From assembly GCA_946534785.1 (NCBI GenBank), contig CAMNCY010000001.1, forward strand, positions 9,456 through 73,455: 64,000 nucleotides of DNA, in the 5' to 3' direction. The first letter of the stretch is position 1. Every line of letters starts with the position of its first letter. The DNA is from an uncultured Lachnospiraceae bacterium (GTDB lineage: Bacteria > Bacillota > Clostridia > Lachnospirales > Lachnospiraceae). The translations under genes and the position numbers were made by a program. Shown here in pieces: positions 61,019 through 64,000 of this stretch. The notes beneath the pieces are model-generated. The model had not been told where the DNA came from and made no database searches. It saw nothing but the letters and a program-made list of their open reading frames with translations.

Positions 61019-62068
61019 ATGGAACAGAGTTATCGTTTTTCAGATATATACGGACAGAACAGCATAAAGGAACATCTGCAGAATGCGGCTTTGACTGGCC
61101 GTGTCTCCCATGCCTACATCCTGAACGGGGAGAAGGGCTCCGGAAGAGGGCGGCTTGCCCTCACCTTTGCTTCCCTCCTTCAGTGTGAGCAGCCGCAGAA
61201 GACCGAAAACGGATTCGAGCCCTGCGGAAGCTGCACCTCCTGCAGGCAGGCGGCCGGCGGGAACCATCCGGATATCATTCCCGTCGTAAGCGGGAGCACG
61301 GGGACGGACGGAAAGGCCAAAGCCCTGGGCGTGGAGGATATCCGGAACATGCGCTCCGACATCCGCATAAAGCCCTACAAGAGCAGCTGGAAGATCTATA
61401 TCGTGCCGGATGCGGACCGGATGACGCTGCAGGCGCAGAATGCCCTCCTGAAGACCCTGGAGGAGCCGCCCGCCTATGCGGTGATCCTGCTCCTTTCCAC
61501 CGCCCTGAGGAGCTTTCTTCCCACCGTGCTTTCCAGGAGCGTGGTGCTCAACCTCCTCCCGGTGGACGATGCGGTACTGGCGGAAAGCCTCGCGGACAGG
61601 ACCGGGCTTCCCGTGCGGGATACGCTTATGGCTGCGCGACTTTCCCACGGCAACGAGGGAAGGGCCATGGAACTTCTTACGGATGAATCCCTGATCGGGA
61701 TCCGGCAGGAAACGGTCCGGTTCCTGAAGGGACTTGCGGACATGCCGAGCCTCGACATTTCGGAGTTTTCCGCTGCCGTTTCGGAGGACTTTACGGATAT
61801 CGCCCGCAGCTGGTTCCGGGATCTCCTCGTCTGGAAAAGCACACAGGACCCGGAACGCTTGATTTTTCAGGAAGAAGTAAAGTATATTAGTAACGCCGCA
61901 GAGCAGGTGTCCTACGCGGATCTGGAGCAGATCCGGCAGGCCTTTGACCTTGCGCAGCAAAGAAGAAAGACCGGCGGAAACGATGCGCTGGTCATGGAGC
62001 TCATGCTTCTGACGATCCGGGATATCCTGCATGCCCGGAATACGGAATATACGGAACACAGAATATAA
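61019..62068 (+). CDS. holB: DNA polymerase III subunit delta'
   Basis: SHAYI, C..PCGSCTSC zinc module, NHPD, AQNALLKTLEEPP, LPTVLSR; upstream of ricT. Confidence 0.9.
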   Translation: MEQSYRFSDIYGQNSIKEHLQNAALTGRVSHAYILNGEKGSGRGRLALTFASLLQCEQPQKTENGFEPCGSCTSCRQAAGGNHPDIIPVVSGSTGTDGKAKALGVEDIRNMRSDIRIKPYKSSWKIYIVPDADRMTLQAQNALLKTLEEPPAYAVILLLSTALRSFLPTVLSRSVVLNLLPVDDAVLAESLADRTGLPVRDTLMAARLSHGNEGRAMELLTDESLIGIRQETVRFLKGLADMPSLDISEFSAAVSEDFTDIARSWFRDLLVWKSTQDPERLIFQEEVKYISNAAEQVSYADLEQIRQAFDLAQQRRKTGGNDALVMELMLLTIRDILHARNTEYTEHRI

Positions 62069-62078
62069 AGGAATAAAG

Positions 62079-63596
62079 ATGGAAGAACTGATAAGGACCA
62101 CGGAAATACCTGCCGGACAGGAAGAGAACATGCCGGCGGAGGAAGAAATACAGACGGCCGCCGCAGAAGAAGCACAGGTCATGCCCGGGGAGCAGGATGC
62201 TGCCGGGGAAGACGCAGGCGAAGAGGACGGCGCACAGGAGGCGCTTCTGGAAGAGGAAGAGGAAGAAGAGCTTTCGATGCCGGCCGGCCTGGACGATGAC
62301 ATTCTCGGGGACGAGGCGGAAACGGAAGAGGAAGCGGAAACGGACGGACCGGCCACTGCCATCATCGTGGGCGTGCGCTTCCGCACGGCCGGGAAGATCT
62401 ATTATTTTGCGCCCGGCGACCTTCCGGTGAAAAGAGGGTGCCACGTCATCGTGGAAACGGCCCGCGGCATTGAATACGGCTTTGTCGTCTCCAATCCCAT
62501 GGAGATCGACAGGAAGAAGTTCAAGGCGCCGCTCAAGCAGATCCTGCGCATTGCCACGGAAGCGGACGATGCTAAGGAGAAGGAGAACCGGGAGAAGGAA
62601 AGAGAAGCCTACAGGGTGTGCCTTGGCAAGATCCGGCGCCACAATCTCGACATGAAGCTGATCGATGCCGAATACACCTTTGACAATAATAAGATCCTGT
62701 TCTATTTCACGGCGGACGGAAGAGTGGATTTCCGCGACCTGGTCAAGGACCTGGCGGGGATCTTCCGGACCAGGATCGAGCTTCGCCAGATCGGCGTGCG
62801 GGATGAGACCAAGATCCTCGGCGGATACGGGATCTGCGGCAGGCCTCTGTGCTGCCATACCTATCTGTCCGACTTCATACCGGTCTCCATCAAGATGGCC
62901 AAGGAGCAGAACCTGTCCCTGAATCCCACGAAGATCTCGGGCGTCTGCGGAAGACTGATGTGCTGCCTCAAGAATGAGGAAGATACCTACGAGGAACTCA
63001 ACCGGAGGCTCCCCAAGGTCGGCGACGAGGTCCGCGGAAGCGACGGCCTCGAAGGTGAAGTGGAGAGCGTAAATGTGCTGCGCCAGAGAGTACGGATCCT
63101 GGTGGAGATCGAAGACGAGAAAGAACTGCACGAATACGGTGCGGATGAGATCACGGTCTTAAGACGGCGCCGCCGCGGGGCGGCAAGGCCCAAACTCCAC
63201 AGAAATGAGGCGGCGGTGGTGCATTCATCCCAGCCGGCTGCCCGGGATACGGAAAAAGAATCCGGCAAGGGTGCCGCACAGGGCGGTTCCCGCGAAGGCC
63301 GCGGAAGACGGCGCGGTGGGGAAAAGCCTGCTCCCAGGGACGGACAGAAGAACCAGGCAAAGGATGCGCAGGAGCGCAGCGTAAACGCGAATGCGGCCGC
63401 AAGGAACGCCTCCGGAAAGGAAGGCGCGCAGCCTGCGGCAGGTGCGCCGGAAGAAAAGCGTGAAAAACAGGAAGGAAGACGTTTCTCGAGACGCAGAAGA
63501 GGCGACCGTTCGCGCACGCAGAACGCCGGAAAGAATGCCGGAAAGAACGTCAGCCAGGGCGGCGGACAGGGCGGCAATGACAGAAAGCAGGAATGA
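62079..63596 (+). CDS. ricT: RicT/YaaT (PSP1 domain) with long N- and C-terminal extensions
   Basis: GVRFRTAGKIYYF, RVDFRDLV, GICGRPLCC, KISGVCGRLMCCL. Confidence 0.9.
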   Translation: MEELIRTTEIPAGQEENMPAEEEIQTAAAEEAQVMPGEQDAAGEDAGEEDGAQEALLEEEEEEELSMPAGLDDDILGDEAETEEEAETDGPATAIIVGVRFRTAGKIYYFAPGDLPVKRGCHVIVETARGIEYGFVVSNPMEIDRKKFKAPLKQILRIATEADDAKEKENREKEREAYRVCLGKIRRHNLDMKLIDAEYTFDNNKILFYFTADGRVDFRDLVKDLAGIFRTRIELRQIGVRDETKILGGYGICGRPLCCHTYLSDFIPVSIKMAKEQNLSLNPTKISGVCGRLMCCLKNEEDTYEELNRRLPKVGDEVRGSDGLEGEVESVNVLRQRVRILVEIEDEKELHEYGADEITVLRRRRRGAARPKLHRNEAAVVHSSQPAARDTEKESGKGAAQGGSREGRGRRRGGEKPAPRDGQKNQAKDAQERSVNANAAARNASGKEGAQPAAGAPEEKREKQEGRRFSRRRRGDRSRTQNAGKNAGKNVSQGGGQGGNDRKQE

Positions 63597-64000
63597 GATC
63601 CTTCTGAAGGAAGGAGAGAAGGTGGATGATCTGCAGAGAAACCATCTGAAGATCATCCAGGATACAGACAGATTCTGTTTCGGAATGGATGCGGTGCTCC
63701 TTTCCGGATTCGCGGCGGCGAAGGAGGGGGACAGGGTGCTGGACCTGGGAACGGGGACCGGCATCATCCCGATCCTGATGTCGGCGAAGACAAAGGCCCG
63801 CTCCTTCATCGCGCTGGAGATCCAGGAAGAGAGCGCGGACATGGCCCGAAGAAGCGTTGCCATGAACCATCTGGAGGACAGGATCGAAATAGTGGTCGGA
63901 GATATCAGGGAAGCAGGCACAGTTTTTGCGGCTGCTTCTTTCGATGTTATCACGTCGAATCCGCCCTATATGACGAACCGTCACGGACTGACCGGCGAGA
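63577..64000 (+). CDS. tRNA1(Val) A37 N6-methyltransferase YabB/TrmN family (partial, runs off window)
   Basis: KIIQDTDRFCFGMDAVLLSGF, LDLGTGTGIIP, NPPY. Confidence 0.88.
   Translation, partial: MTESRNEILLKEGEKVDDLQRNHLKIIQDTDRFCFGMDAVLLSGFAAAKEGDRVLDLGTGTGIIPILMSAKTKARSFIALEIQEESADMARRSVAMNHLEDRIEIVVGDIREAGTVFAAASFDVITSNPPYMTNRHGLTGE

Noticed and set aside
61019-62068. Degenerate Walker A (GEKGSGRG) suggesting a dnaX pseudogene
   Set aside because: Normal for the catalytically inactive delta' subunit; synteny supports holB.

Overview
64-kb chromosomal backbone segment of a GC-rich Clostridia genome, most likely Lachnospiraceae (inferred from gene order and protein styles). It is densely coding and almost entirely on the + strand. 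Order: ruvX(partial)-rnj-short mltG-trmR-U32-GSIII-trkA-trkH, tRNA-Gln(CTG), thioesterase, cvfB, PucR/CdaR regulator-ftsEX-M23-ctpA, an ATPase-less sugar ABC transporter, SPFH protein, uvrBA, mreB/mbl-recD2-comF, two unknown membrane proteins-cdaA-cdaR-glmM-HPr, leuA, proS-cca, hup-yabO-GT-C-divIC-tilS-hpt-ftsH, fba, a sucrose-type PTS cluster, murG/TSCPD/fprA (minus strand), and gmk-like-holB-ricT-yabB(partial). No mobile element, prophage or CRISPR array is visible. The most interesting signals are five. (1) A sucrose-PTS cluster that pairs a GH13_4 amylosucrase-like enzyme and a HAD phosphatase instead of the usual GH32 ScrB and fructokinase. (2) An unannotated ~95-nt C-rich small RNA candidate between ftsH and fba, with its own promoter and terminator and seed complementarity to the PTS leader. 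(3) Two recurring operator-like motifs linking the sugar loci, one of which also precedes the sRNA and the PucR regulator. (4) A divergent guanylate-kinase homologue at the position where tmk normally sits. (5) Syntenic absence of sporulation and flagellar genes. All calls are by eye from motifs and synteny; no database searches were run.
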